Assembly: GCF_001194135.2 (NCBI RefSeq)
Contig: NC_069002.1
Coordinates: 13,001,708 to 13,065,707 of the forward strand
DNA: 64,000 nt
Direction: 5' to 3'
Origin: Octopus bimaculoides
Taxonomy: Eukaryota
Part shown: piece by piece, positions 1-12,494 of the stretch
Position numbering within the stretch: position 1 is the first letter of the stretch
How the letters are laid out: each line of letters opens with the position of its first letter
The notes under the pieces: generated by a model
What the model saw: only the letters and a program-made list of their open reading frames with translations
The model's database searches: none
Told to the model about the DNA's origin: nothing
Translations under genes and position numbers: made by a program

Positions 1-357
1 GGAAGGGCATCCAGCTGTAGAAACTCTGCCAAATCAGATTGGAGGCTGGTGTTGCCATCCGGTTTCACCAGTCCTCAGTCAAATCGTCCAACCCATGCTA
101 GCATGGAAAGCGGACGTTAAATGACGAACACATGTGTGGGCATGGTTCTGGTGTCAAGAAGTTTGCTTTGCAACCAAGTGTTTTCGGGTTCAATCCCACA
201 GTGCAGCACCTTGTGCAAGTGTCTTTTACAATAGAGCTGGATCAGACAAAGTCTCCGGAGTAAGAGTATTGTAGTTTACTTGAAGCATTGTGTATTGTTT
301 GTAAAGAATAAAATGTTTTGAATGGTACAACAATGCCCTATAATACAAACAATGGGC

Positions 358-388
<31 letters not shown>

Positions 389-1543
389 NNNNNNNNNNNN
401 NNNNNNNNNNNNNNNNNNNNNNNNNNNNNNNNNNNNNNNNNNNNNNNNNNNNNNNNNNNNNNNNNNNNNNNNNNNNNNNNNNNNNNNNNNNNNNNNNNNN
501 NNNNNNNNNNNNNNNNNNNNNNNNNNNNNNNNNNNNNNNNNNNNNNNNNNNNNNNNNNNNNNNNNNNNNNNNNNNNNNNNNNNNNNNNNNNNNNNNNNNN
601 NNNNNNNNNNNNNNNNNNNNNNNNNNNNNNNNNNNNNNNNNNNNNNNNNNNNNNNNNNNNNNNNNNNNNNNNNNNNNNNNNNNNNNNNNNNNNNNNNNNN
701 NNNNNNNNNNNNNNNNNNNNNNNNNNNNNNNNNNNNNNNNNNNNNNNNNNNNNNNNNNNNCATCCCCGTAACTTAGTGGTTCGGCAAAGGAGACCGATAG
801 AATAAGTACTAAGCATACAAAGAATAAGTCCTGGGGTCGATTTGCTCGACTAAAGGCGGTGCTCCAGCATAGCCACAGTCAAATGACTGAAACAAGTAGA
901 AGAGTATATATATATATATTCTCAGAATGGTTGGTGTTAGGAAGGACATCCAGCCATAGAAACCATGTTAAATCAGACTGGAGTATGGTGCAGCCCCTCA
1001 GCTTACCAGCCCTGGCCAAACCGTCCAACCCATGCCAGCATGGACAACGGATATTAAATGATGATGATGATGTATATGTGTGTGTGTGTGTGTGTACACT
1101 CGTGTGTATGTATGTGTGTCTTTGTGCCTGTTTTTTGTCTCCTTCACTCGTCTGCTTAACAACCAATGTTGGTTTGTTTATGTCATCTGTAACTTAACAG
1201 TTCAGCAAAAGAGACCAATTGAGTAAGTGCCAGACTTAAAGACTAATAAGTACTGGGGATGATTTGCTTGACTAAACCCTTCAAGGTAGTACCCCAGCAT
1301 AGCCACAGCCCGGTGACTGAAACTAGTAAAAAGATAAAAGGCATGTGGTGGTGGTGGTGGCAACAGTGGTGGTAATGGTACCTTGCCCATGATGTGGGTT
1401 TATCTTTTATTCACCTGTTTAATTCTACAGAAATCAGGAGTTGCTGAGCCTCCACCACCACCACCACTGCTGCCGCCACTACCATGCCATCCCAAAGAAA
1501 GGAAAAAGGAAACCTCTTCTGGAAATGCACAAATGTTACATAC

Positions 1544-1683
1544 CGGCAGATGCAAGGAATGCAGCACGAGCTGATATCAAGGCACACACATATTTCACAA
1601 TCTTGCAGTCTTCCAAAGTATATGTTTCAACACCGAGTTCTTCGAGAATTTGTTTTGTGTTTTCAAAAAATTCTCCATTATCT
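1544..1683 (-). CDS. HK: Hexokinase exon 9 (DNGEFFENTKQILEELG...DCKIVKYVCALISARAAFLASAG)
   Basis: DC..V..VC...S.RAA motif; ctgcag|A acceptor and CCG|GTATGT donor; 140 nt, phase 2 to 1. The remaining exons were not found in the window. Confidence 0.94.
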
Positions 1684-4161
1684 CTGCAGAAGACAAAGAA
1701 ATTGACAAATTTAGAGAAATGAAAATCCTTCTTTCATACCTTAAACCATTATCTCCCAGCATCAAAGCTCCTCCTTCCCTTAGGTTTCCAAGTCTTGTGA
1801 GTTTCAGGGTAACTTCACTAGTGCCAGTGACATGAAAAAACACCCAGTACATGTTGTGAAGTAGTTTACATAATGAAGAACACTCAGCTGTAGAAACCAT
1901 GCCAAAGCTAGCACTAGAACACAGTGCAGTCCATGGATCCATCAGATCCTGTCAAACTGTCCAACCCATGCCAGCATGGAATATGGAAGTCAAATGACGA
2001 TGATGTTTGTTGAAATTACACTAATTTTCTTTCAATTAATTTTTAAACTAATAAAGAATTCAGTAAAATAGCTTCATCATTATTAAGCTGATGTTTGGAA
2101 CATAAATTAACAAGAACTTTTAATGGAAAGTTTAAATTTAGATCAGGAAGTTTCTGCCACAAACCCAAGAGTGATCTCAGGTGGGTTGTATCTTCATTGT
2201 ATTTCTAAAAAATATTCACAATACAAGAGCTTCGATTAATTTTGAAAATAATAAATTTGGATAGGTTTTATTAAATTATTAAGCAAGTGTTTTGAAGTAG
2301 AAATGTTAAAATCTTTACGAGAGAGAGTAAATATACATGTATATTCTGTGCATCTTCTTCGTTGCTTTTCGATTTAAAATTGAAACTTCTAATAATGCCA
2401 GGATTAAATTAGAAGTGGTTATCTCCCTTACAATAATCAGCCGCCAGGGCAGACCAGGTGTTTAACAAAATGTTTCTTACATTATAACAGAAGGTTTAAA
2501 TCTGAGTTTTCTCTATGTCTCATGAAGCATACACGTATGGTTTCAATTCCTAAACCAAGAAGTGCATTGTGTTTTTGAACAAAACATTTCATTTTATGTT
2601 CATTTCATATTGTCCTGTTCAGTGGAAATGTGGTCGCAGTCATTTATACATCATAGAAACCAGATAACTGGCCCTGTGAGTCCTAAGACTTGAGATAGTC
2701 ATGATATGACACAAGATACAGCTTTTAGCATTTCAAACAGAAACCTTCTTTGGAGAGAGTAACTTAAAGGGATTAAGGGATAGCATTCAGCGAATATATT
2801 TTAAGAATTCGAGGGAGAAAAAAAAAACAAAAGATAAAGGAAATACTAAAGAACAGAGAGGTAACCAAGCCTAAAAGGCTGTAGTTTAGCCCCAAGTTTG
2901 TCCCTGATCCAACAGAACTATTTTCATAGTTATTGCTGCAGTGTCCTTCAAGCATAGCATATCTATCTTGAACTACATTACCCAGTGTGATATGAAGAAA
3001 ATTTGACTGCTACTTCTAGCAGGTTGAACAACCACATAGAAACTTCCTTGATGCTTTGAGGCATAAAAAAAAGAGGGTTGTTGTCTTGAACCCCAAATCA
3101 GCCCTGATTGAACAGACCCATGATCAAGAACATTCCATTTGTGCCCATTCCATTCATTTTTTCCTATGTGCTGGTACCTAAGAATCACATTATACATATT
3201 CACTTCTAAATTTGTAGGGTATGAGTTGATGGATATTTGGCTGTTATTTCTATCAAGTCAAGTGACCATATACAGCAGCGAGCTGGAAGTATCGTTAGTG
3301 CATCAGACAAAATGTTTAGAATCATTTCTTCTGGTTCATTACACTCTGAGTTCAAATCCAGTCAAGGTTAACTTTACTTTTCAACCCTTCAGGATTGATA
3401 AAATAAAGTACCAGTCATGAACTGGGGTTAATGGAATCAACTTGTTGCCTTCCTTTAAAATTGATGGCCTTGAAACCTACAATGGACCAGTGTCCTGTTC
3501 AGGGGGATTGTTGTGACCTCGGTCAGTTATATGCCATGTCAACTGGATAAACTGGCCTTATGAGCCCTGACTATCCAGAGGATCAAGGTGAAAAGGATGT
3601 TAGTATAAAGTCAATGGCCAGAACAATAAAGCATAGACAGGTAAAGGTAGGAGGCATGGTTTTCATTTGAACCACACAAAACCTAAGGTGACAAACAACT
3701 CAGTAACAACACGTAATAAATAAGATAAGTATTATCTTTGATAAGATATGACTAAACTAATATCAGAATCTTATGATGTATTAAGCAATTACTTAACACA
3801 CTGCATCAGTCATGCTATGACTAACCTAATTAACATTCTGTTAATTTATGAAAATGCTAAGAACCATAGATAAGGTGTTCAGATGATAACAGCAAAGGCC
3901 TTCATTAAGATATTCACAGCACCTAATAGAGGTTTTATATAAATGTATTTAAGCTATCTGAACTATGGACACTTTAGATAAGAATCACATAACTTCAGCC
4001 TTCACACACACACACACACATGTGTGTGTGTATTTTGTTCAGGCATGAAATTCATAACATAACCATCGTTTCCCTTTGTCATCTTATTTTCTTATATATA
4101 TGACCGTTGACTGAACACTATTCAATTTTTTTTCTCCGTGTTTTTCTCCTTGTCTCCGTAT

Positions 4162-4198
4162 TCTTTCTGTTGAAGAGTGTAGCTCGAAACGTCAAAGA
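4162..4198 (+). ncRNA. Degenerate minimal type I hammerhead-like motif (Penelope-like pseudo-LTR context)
   Basis: Stem I TCTTT/AAAGA, core CTGTTGA, stem II GAG/CTC, GAAAC followed by GTC. The core has a mismatch to CUGANGA. Confidence 0.4.
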
Positions 4199-4283
4199 CT
4201 TTCTGTATTCCTGAGCGTCATACTAATACATCCTTTTGTTATTTACACCACCTGTCCTCGTCTGTTGTTGTTTTTTTGTACAT

Positions 4284-5098
4284 TCATCATCATCATCATC
4301 GTTTAACGTCCGCTTTCCATGCTAGCATGGGTTGGACAATTTGACTGAGGACTGGTGAAACCGGATGGCAACACCAGGCTCCAATCTAATTTGGCAGAGT
4401 TTCTACAGCTGGATGCCCTTCCTAACACCAACCACTCAGAGAGTGTAGTGGGTGCTTTTACNNNNNNNNNNNNNNNNNNNNNNNNNNNNNNNNNNNNNNN
4501 NNNNNNNNNNNNNNNNNNNNNNNNNNNNNNNNNNNNNNNNNNNNNNNNNNNNNNNNNNNNNNNNNNNNNNNNNNNNNNNNNNNNNNNNNNNNNNNNNNNN
4601 NNNNNNNNNNNNNNNNNNNNNNNNNNNNNNNNNNNNNNNNNNNNNNNNNNNNNNNNNNNNNNNNNNNNNNNNNNNNNNNNNNNNNNNNNNNNNNNNNNNN
4701 NNNNNNNNNNNNNNNNNNNNNNNNNNNNNNNNNNNNNNNNNNNNNNNNNNNNNNNNNNNNNNNNNNNNNNNNNGTGGGTGCTTTTACGTGTCACCCGCAC
4801 GAAAACGGCCACGCTCGAAATGGTGTCTTTTATGTGCCACCCGCACAAGCCAGTCCAGGGGCACTGGCAACGATCTCGCTCGAAAATCCTACAGGAGCCA
4901 GTCAGGCGGTACTGGCAACGGCCACGCTCAAAATGGTGCATCTCATGTGCCACCCGCACAAGAACCAGTCCAGGGGCACTGGCAACGATCTTACTTGGCT
5001 TGCCGGGTTTTCTCACGCACAGCACAATTCCAAAGGTCTCGGTCAGTAGTCATCGCCTCGGTGAGGCCCAATGTACGAAGGTCTTGCCTCACCACCTC
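4284..5098 (-). mobile_element. 5'-truncated RTE-like LINE: ORF2 C-terminus plus repeat-rich 3'UTR and (GAT)n tail
   Basis: EVVRQDLRTLGLTEAMTTDRDLWNCAVREKTRQAK* (stop 4993-4991), then internal subrepeats, a gap, the ccatgctagcatgg hairpin and the GAT tail. Confidence 0.7.
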
Positions 5099-5175
5099 AT
5101 ATATATTTATATATAAAACTTTGATAAGTGCTATGCATGAAACTCTGAGCCATTGAGTTATATTAATTTTATATA

Positions 5176-5546
5176 TACTCTTTTACTTGTTTCAGTCATT
5201 TGACTGCAGCCATGCTGGAGCACTGCCTTTAGTCGCGCAAATCTACCCCGGGACTTATTCTTTGTAAGCCTAGTACTTATTCTATCAGTCTCTTTTGCTG
5301 AACCGCTAAGTTACAGGGATGTAAACACACCAGCAACGGTTGTCAAGCAATGTCGGGGGGACAAACACAGACACACAAACATATATACAATGGGCTTCTT
5401 TCAGTTTCCGTCTACCAAATCCACTCACAAGGCTTTGGTTGGCCCGAGGCCATAGCAGAAGACACTTGCCCAAGGTGCCACGCAGTGGGACTGAACCCAG
5501 AACCATGTGGTTGGTAAGCAAGCTACTTACCACACAGCCACTCCTG
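5176..5546 (-). mobile_element. SINE family A copy
   Basis: Same head, body and tail as 12664-13050. Confidence 0.9.
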
Positions 5547-6178
5547 CATCTATAAAACTTTGATAAGTGCTATGCATAAAACTGAGCTATTGAGTTATTT
5601 TATTTATATATATATATATATATATATTGTGAACTCACTCATCCACTCACTCTCTCCCAATCCTTAGTCTACACTTCCCTCTATGCACTTCCTGCTACTT
5701 GGGTGTATGGTCTCACTTCATTTTCTCTCTCTCTCCATCTGAGGCAGCCATGTTTCTCTTCTAATGTCCGACACCTTTTTTTTCATCCCCTCAATACTTC
5801 TCCTCCAAAGTTGAAAGGTCTTGTGCTGCTGCTGCTGCTGCCACATGGAAAAAAACTCAGTACATTCTGTAAAGTGGTTAGCATTTGGTTGGCTACCAAG
5901 CTGCAGAAACCATCCCAAAGCAGACAGCAGAGCTTGGTGCAGTCTTGTGACACAGAATGTGATAATGCTGGCTCTTTTGAAATACAGGTACAACTCATTT
6001 GAGATACAAGTACAACTCATGTTTGGCAGTTGGGTGAACATGAAATAAAATGTCTTGCTCAAGAACACAATGTGCTACTGAATATTGAACTCACAGCCTT
6101 ATAATTGTGAGCTGAACACTTTAACCACTAAGCCATGCACCTTCACAATAACAAAACAATGTAAAAATACACACAAAC

Positions 6179-6337
6179 CTTTCAATTTCAGATAGATATT
6201 TGGTGTAGAACTTTCCACGGTTGAATAAATCACAATCATGATCAATGCCAAGGAAGATAAGTTTTTCAGAGCTCAATCTTTCTAGTGTCAGCCGTACAAT
6301 TTCACCAAGGTACATTCCACCTATCATTTTTTCAACC
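6179..6337 (-). CDS. HK: Hexokinase exon 8 (VEKMIGGMYLGEIVRL...TKYLSEIER)
   Basis: EKM..GMYLGE motif; ttacag|G acceptor and AG|GTTTGT donor; 159 nt, phase 2 to 2. Confidence 0.95.
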
Positions 6338-6495
6338 CTGTAAGTGAAGAAAGATTATGATAATGAAAACAGTCAAAACTAAAATCCATTTTAACATCCA
6401 ATATCCTTCATTTCATAAATATGAATGAAGTTGTTGAACTTTGTTTAATAAGTTATGTCATATACTGATTATTCATATATATATATATATATATA

Positions 6496-6878
6496 AGCGA
6501 ATAACAAAATCGGGATAGCACCTGTGCCCAGCGTCGCCTTCCTGGCACTTGTGCCCATGACATGTGTAAGGATTTTCGAGTGAGATCGTTGCCAGTGCCC
6601 CTGGACTGGCTCTTGTGCGGGTGGCACATAAAATACACCATTTTGAGCGTGGCTGTTGCCAGTACCACCTGACTGGCCTTCGTGCGGGTGACACGTAAAA
6701 GCACCCACTACACTCTCTGAGTGGTTGGCGTTAGGAAGGGCATCCAGCTGTAGAAACTCTGCCAAATCAGATTGGAGGCTGGTGTTGCCATCCGGTTTCA
6801 CCAGTCCTTAGTCAAATCGTCCAACCTATGCTAGCATGGAAAGTGGACGTTAAACAATGATGATGATGATGATGATGA
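6496..6878 (+). mobile_element. RTE 3'UTR/tail-only copy
   Basis: Same tail as 4284-5098. Further copies at 1-125, 925-1070, 8290-8590(-), 10975-11135, 15245-15408, 25300-25460, 41900-42300(-) and 62390-62842(-). Confidence 0.75.
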
Positions 6879-6890
6879 TATATATGTATA

Positions 6891-6959
<69 letters not shown>

Positions 6960-7727
6960 ATGTATATATCAAAGAATTACTTATCAGGCAAATGATTTCA
7001 TCTGAGACTGTGTGCTGTGTTGCTACTAAAACAATTTTAGTATGGAAGATACATACTAGCCATTCCTAAACGCAAACATTTCTTTAAAATTCATTATTTG
7101 GTGCCAAACCTTTTCTTCCACCAATTCTGTTGCAGTGGAACAGCATCAGTGGCCAGGTCACAGTTGGTGCAATGAAACTTTTTAATACTAAATTTTAATA
7201 TCAAATGTTTAAATGAAGTCAACAGTCTTTGTGTGTTTTTCAATAACTAATATATGCTTTCCATGCTATAATTGTTACACACACACACATGCACGTTTAT
7301 AACAGTGTCCATCCTCTGGTTGTGGATATTTTATTTTGACCAGGTTGGATCAAGTCATCTTCAGCCTGAGAAAAAAATCTCAATATCCTGCCATACTGCT
7401 TCTTCCTATTACAGTCAGCCATGAATAATCATGGCTTCTCTCTTCTCTCCCTCCACACATCACTTACCGAAGCCCTACACAAAATTGATGGAGATGATCT
7501 ATCTCTGTGACACACATACACATAGTAATACACAAATGCACTGGTACAGACACATAGAGCAATACATACAGACATTCATAACACACACACACAGAGCAAC
7601 ACATAAACACACTCAAGCAACAACAAACAGATAGACACAGCCATAAAAAATTGTATGTGTGTGTGTGGACACATACAAACACACACATATATTTATACAT
7701 ATACACATATCTATAGATCAAACTCAC

Positions 7728-7840
7728 AGTTGTTTTCCTGGGTTGATAGAGTATGTATCCAACTCTCTGTCGTATTCTGTACGGACAATATCCAAACAAC
7801 CGTTGTCACCAAATGCGCCCCATTCTGTATTGATGATCAC
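7728..7840 (-). CDS. HK: Hexokinase exon 7 ([17 protein letters not shown]...SINPGKQL)
   Basis: N.EWGAFGD and NPGKQ motifs; tttcag|GTG acceptor and CT|GTGAGT donor; 113 nt, phase 0 to 2. Confidence 0.96.
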
Positions 7841-8153
7841 CTGAAAGAGAGAGAATATTTAGGAAGTATTTAGTCTGGGTATTTCTGTCTGTCTCTCTGT
7901 CTCTCTCTAACACACACACACTCACATCATTCATACACACTGCATACACACTCATAGAAGTACAAGCTAAACAGCAATTATATTGATACCACAAGTGTAC
8001 TAGCATGAGAGAGGATGCAAAGTCTATGGGCTCTGCCCTGCCACTCCCTCGATTAAAATATACAGAAATAAAATATATACACATGTTAGTAAAGGAAGTG
8101 CTCCAGCATGGCCTTAGGTGTAATAGCTAAAGCAAAACTAAAGATCTTTACAG

Positions 8154-8186
<33 letters not shown>

Positions 8187-8648
8187 TTTAGTGCAAATAC
8201 AGATGGGAACTATTTTCGCAGATGCTGATCACCCTTTGAAACTTTTTAGTTGTCAAGATGGAGGATCTTAAAACGTAAGATAAAGAAATGATGATGATGA
8301 TCATCATCATCATTGTTTAACGTCCACTTTTCATGCTGGCATGGGTTGGACTGTTTGACTGGGGACTGGCAAACCAAGAGCCTGTACAGGCTCCAATCTG
8401 ATCTGGCAAGTTTTCTACAGCTGGATGCCCTTCCTAATGCCAACCACTCCGAGAGTGTAGTGATGCTTTTTATGTGCTACCAGCATGGGGGCTAGTCAGG
8501 TGGCACTGGCATTGACCACACTCAAATAGTCCTTTTTACATGCCACCGGTATGAGAGCCAGTCAGGTGGCACTGGCATCAACCAAACACAAATGATATAT
8601 TTGGTAATTTCTAAGTTTAACTTTATTTTCAACGATCAAAGAACTTAC

Positions 8649-8728
8649 CTGTTGAGGTTCATCATCATCTAATGAAACAGTTTCCACATTTTCAAGTTTT
8701 TCCATATAACAAGCATTACATCCTGTTC
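8649..8728 (-). CDS. HK: Hexokinase exon 6 (GTGCNACYMEKLENVETVSLDDDEPQQ)
   Basis: Phosphate-2 motif GTG.NACY.E; ttccag|GA acceptor and CAG|GTAAGT donor; 80 nt, phase 1 to 0. Confidence 0.96.
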
Positions 8729-9689
8729 CTGGAAAACACAAGGAAACATTTATTAATAATTGACATTGATTGGTAATCTATGCTATATTATTTTATTCTT
8801 TTACAGGTTTCAGTCATTTGACTCTGGCCATGCTGGAGCGCACATATCACAAAAAAAAAAAAAAAAAAGGAATCAAAAGTTGTTCCAAAGCCATTGGCTG
8901 ATAAAGGCCTGTTTCCCAGATTCTGTGGCATATAAACTGCACCTCTGGATGGAGTGCCAGTCTGTCACAGGAAAACTCATTTTTGCCAGCTGAGTGGACT
9001 GGAGCAATGTGAAATGAAGTGATTTGCTCAAAACACAACACATCATCTTGTCCAGGAATCGAAACCACAATCTCACAATCATGAGTGCAACACCCTAACC
9101 ACTGAGCCATGTGCCTCCAGACATCTATATAAACATATAATTTTTTTATCAGCCAGGTGGCTATTTGCTACAAGAGTGTTTTATTCCCTTTTACCTATAT
9201 CAGAGATGATGAATTCTCATCTAAGCATGTAACTGGCTGAAAGCATGAGCCATTGAAATGGCCTGAAAAGGCCAAAATACATCTGGTGCTCTTGCAGGAC
9301 ACTGCTGGGACGAATCTTCATTTTACTCTGAAATTTTGTATTTGAAATACAGCAAGTCCATATGAGATGTTATCTTGAGAAAAATACTACAATAACCGAC
9401 CTATCAACCATGTTTATATACATTATATATGATGCATAGATAACTGCTTTAATTAAATACTGCCTGAATGTATATACTCTTTACTCTTTTACTTGTTTCA
9501 GTCATTTGACAGCGGCCATGCTGGAGCACCGCTTTTTGTCGAACAAATCGACCCCAAGACTTATTCTTTGTAAGCCTAGTACTTATTCTATCGGGTTCTT
9601 TTGCCGAACCGCTAAGTTACAGGGACGTAAACACACCAGCATCAGTTGTCAAGCAATGTTGGGGGGGACAAACACAGACACACAAACAT

Positions 9690-9735
<46 letters not shown>

Positions 9736-9955
9736 AGGGCACTGGTTTGAAGAATTTTTTAGTCAAATGAATTGACCCTAGTAATTTTTTCTTTAATGCC
9801 TGGTACTTATTCTATCAGTCTTTTTTTTTATCAAATTGGTAAGTTACAGGGATATAAACAAACCAACACTGGTTGTCAAGCAGTGGTGGGACACAAACAC
9901 AGATACAAAGATATATATATGTGTGTGCGTGCATCTATGTGTATGCATGTATGTA

Positions 9956-9986
<31 letters not shown>

Positions 9987-10370
9987 ATTTAGCAGTGGGA
10001 TGGGGGGTTCTTTCAATTTCTGCCAAATCTACTTACAAGGCCTTTCTCAGCCTAGAGCTTATAGTACAAGACAATTGCCCAAAGTGCTATACATGCACAT
10101 GTACATACACACACATACACACACACACACACACATAGATGTGATGTAACACTCTCATTCACGTATTTCATACCTCCACTCACCTTATGTAATTCCTACA
10201 TTCAAACTCCACTCACATGTTATATTTCCTGCTTACAACAATCTTACCTCCACCCACACCATTTATTAACACCCCCCAACTATTCTGACATAAAAAAAAA
10301 ATAGAAAAGAAATCAAATGAAATGTATCAAAAGAACGTGTGAATGTGAAGTTGTGGGCTTCATTACTTAC

Positions 10371-10470
10371 CAAGAATCAAACCAATCTCACACTTTCGGT
10401 CAGTGTGAGCGGCAGACATCAAAGTTCCTACAGCATCATTGATTACAGCCACAACTTCAATTTTCACTGG
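10371..10470 (-). CDS. HK: Hexokinase exon 5 (PVKIEVVAVINDAVGTLMSAAHTDRKCEIGLILG)
   Basis: Absent from the ORF track and read manually. ttacag|CCA acceptor and CTTG|GTAAGT donor; 100 nt like vertebrate exon 6; catalytic ND present. Confidence 0.96.
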
Positions 10471-10681
10471 CTGTAATTAAATAAATAAATACAAAAATAT
10501 ACAAATGAATAATAGTGGTTTCAAATTATGGCACAAGGCCAGCAGTTTTTGTGGGGAGGGGAAAGTCAATTACATCAACTTTGAAAGGAGGAAGGGTAAA
10601 GTCGATCTCAGCAGAATTTGAACTCAGAACATAAAGACAGACGAAATGCCACTAAGCATTTTGCCTGGCATGCTAATGATT

Positions 10682-10906
10682 CTTATTTCTTTATTGCCCA
10701 CAAGGGGCTAAACATAGAGGGGACAAACAAGGGGATTAAGTCGATTACATCGACTCCAGTGCGTAACTGGTACTTAATTTATCGACCCCAAAAGGATGAA
10801 AGGCAAAGTTGACCTCGGTGGAATTTGAACTCAGAACGTAATGGCAGACGAAATACCGCTAAGCATTTCGCCCGGCGTGCTAATGATTCTGCCAGCTCAC
10901 CACCTT
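10682..10906 (-). mobile_element. SINE family E
   Basis: GAGCTGGCAGAATC...GAGTTCAAATTCC head; related copies at 18100-18300, 41391-41596, 41655-41870 and a cluster at 54350-54850. Confidence 0.75.
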
Positions 10907-10909
10907 AAC

Positions 10910-10951
<42 letters not shown>

Positions 10952-11547
10952 GATGTAGGGTTAGGATCAAATATAAACACTCTGTAAAGTGGTTGGCATT
11001 AGGAAGGGCATCCAGCTGTAAAAGCCATGCCAAAGCAGACTGAGATTGGTGCTGTCCTCTGGTTTACCAGTTCTTGACAAACTGTCCAACCCATGCCAGC
11101 ATGGAGAACAGACGTTAAATGATGACGATGACGATGAAATAAATACATATTTCATTATCCTACCAAACCTGAATCATTTTTCCAGAAGCTGTACGTACAT
11201 AAAATGATGCACACACACACACACACACACACACAGATATCACCCTCATCAGTGGGCAACAGAAAGGTTATTTAGATAAAGTTACTGATTGTCTACATAC
11301 TGCTATGTCACAAACTAGAACCAGCATACACAATCAAGAGTCAAAAAGTCATTAGTTTTGGAAAAACAACCTCCTTTTCTAATGCAAAACTACATATTAA
11401 AAGAGTTCAACCTTTGGAAATTTAACAAAAAAATAATGAACATCTGAAAGAAGCATTTATAGTAATGACAGATTTAAATAGATTTCAAATATAATGATAG
11501 TATTTACCTCTAATAATGCATCATTACCTGCTATCTCTTTCACTCCA

Positions 11548-11759
11548 TATCTATCTGTTTGTCTGTATGTATGTATGTATGTATCTAGCTATCTATATCT
11601 ATCTATCTATATCTACATATCTATCTATTTACGTATCTATCTATCTATCTATCTATCTATCTCTACGTATCTATCTATCTATCTATACGTATCTATCTAT
11701 CTATCTATACGTATCTATCTATCTATCTATACGTATCTATCTATCTATCTATCTATACG

Positions 11760-11790
<31 letters not shown>

Positions 11791-11815
11791 ACGTATCTAT
11801 CTATCTATCTATACG

Positions 11816-11850
<35 letters not shown>

Positions 11851-11900
11851 ATCTACGTATCTATCTCTCTCTCTATCTATCTATTTAGCTATCTACTACT
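11548..11900. repeat. (CTAT)n microsatellite with recurrent ACGT interruptions
   Basis: Direct reading. Confidence 0.9.
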
Positions 11901-12494
11901 TTCTCTCCTAATCTCTTCCTCCACCTCTCTACCTACCTATCGGGCAATCTATCTTTAAATACATACATATGTGTTTCAAAAATGAAGGAAATCTAGAGCG
12001 CAGATCACCTATTCTCCTGTATTTGAGATATCCTTCATTTCTAAAACATCAACTTACTCAGCGCTTCAACATTTGTTTATAAAATGCTCTCTCTCTCTCT
12101 CACACACACGCACACAAACACATACACACACAAGTGATAATTTGGCAGAGTCCTGTAAACATTTGAAAGAATTCTTTGTGACATTTGTTCTGACTGTGTA
12201 GAGGTCAACTTTGTCTTTCATCATTTCATAAATATAAAACCAACAAGAGGGTGGGTGGAATTGGTGAAATTCTTTGTGTCAGATTGGACATCTTGTGGTA
12301 TCCACTCTAACTGTGCATCCTTGGTTCAAATACCACCATATACCATTAGAAAACGATAAACAGTAACAGTTTTATTAGGAACTACAACCAAGAAATAGTA
12401 TCAGATAGTATTGAAATAATAATGGAAACATATTTCGCTTGTGTACACCATTTACATTCGTTGGACTAAAGTCCTCATCTTGATTGTTACTTTC

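Noticed and set aside
226-816. Long ORF-track entries here and at 4303-5156, 13515-14204 and 36253-37108
   Set aside because: Artefacts of N runs being read without stop codons.
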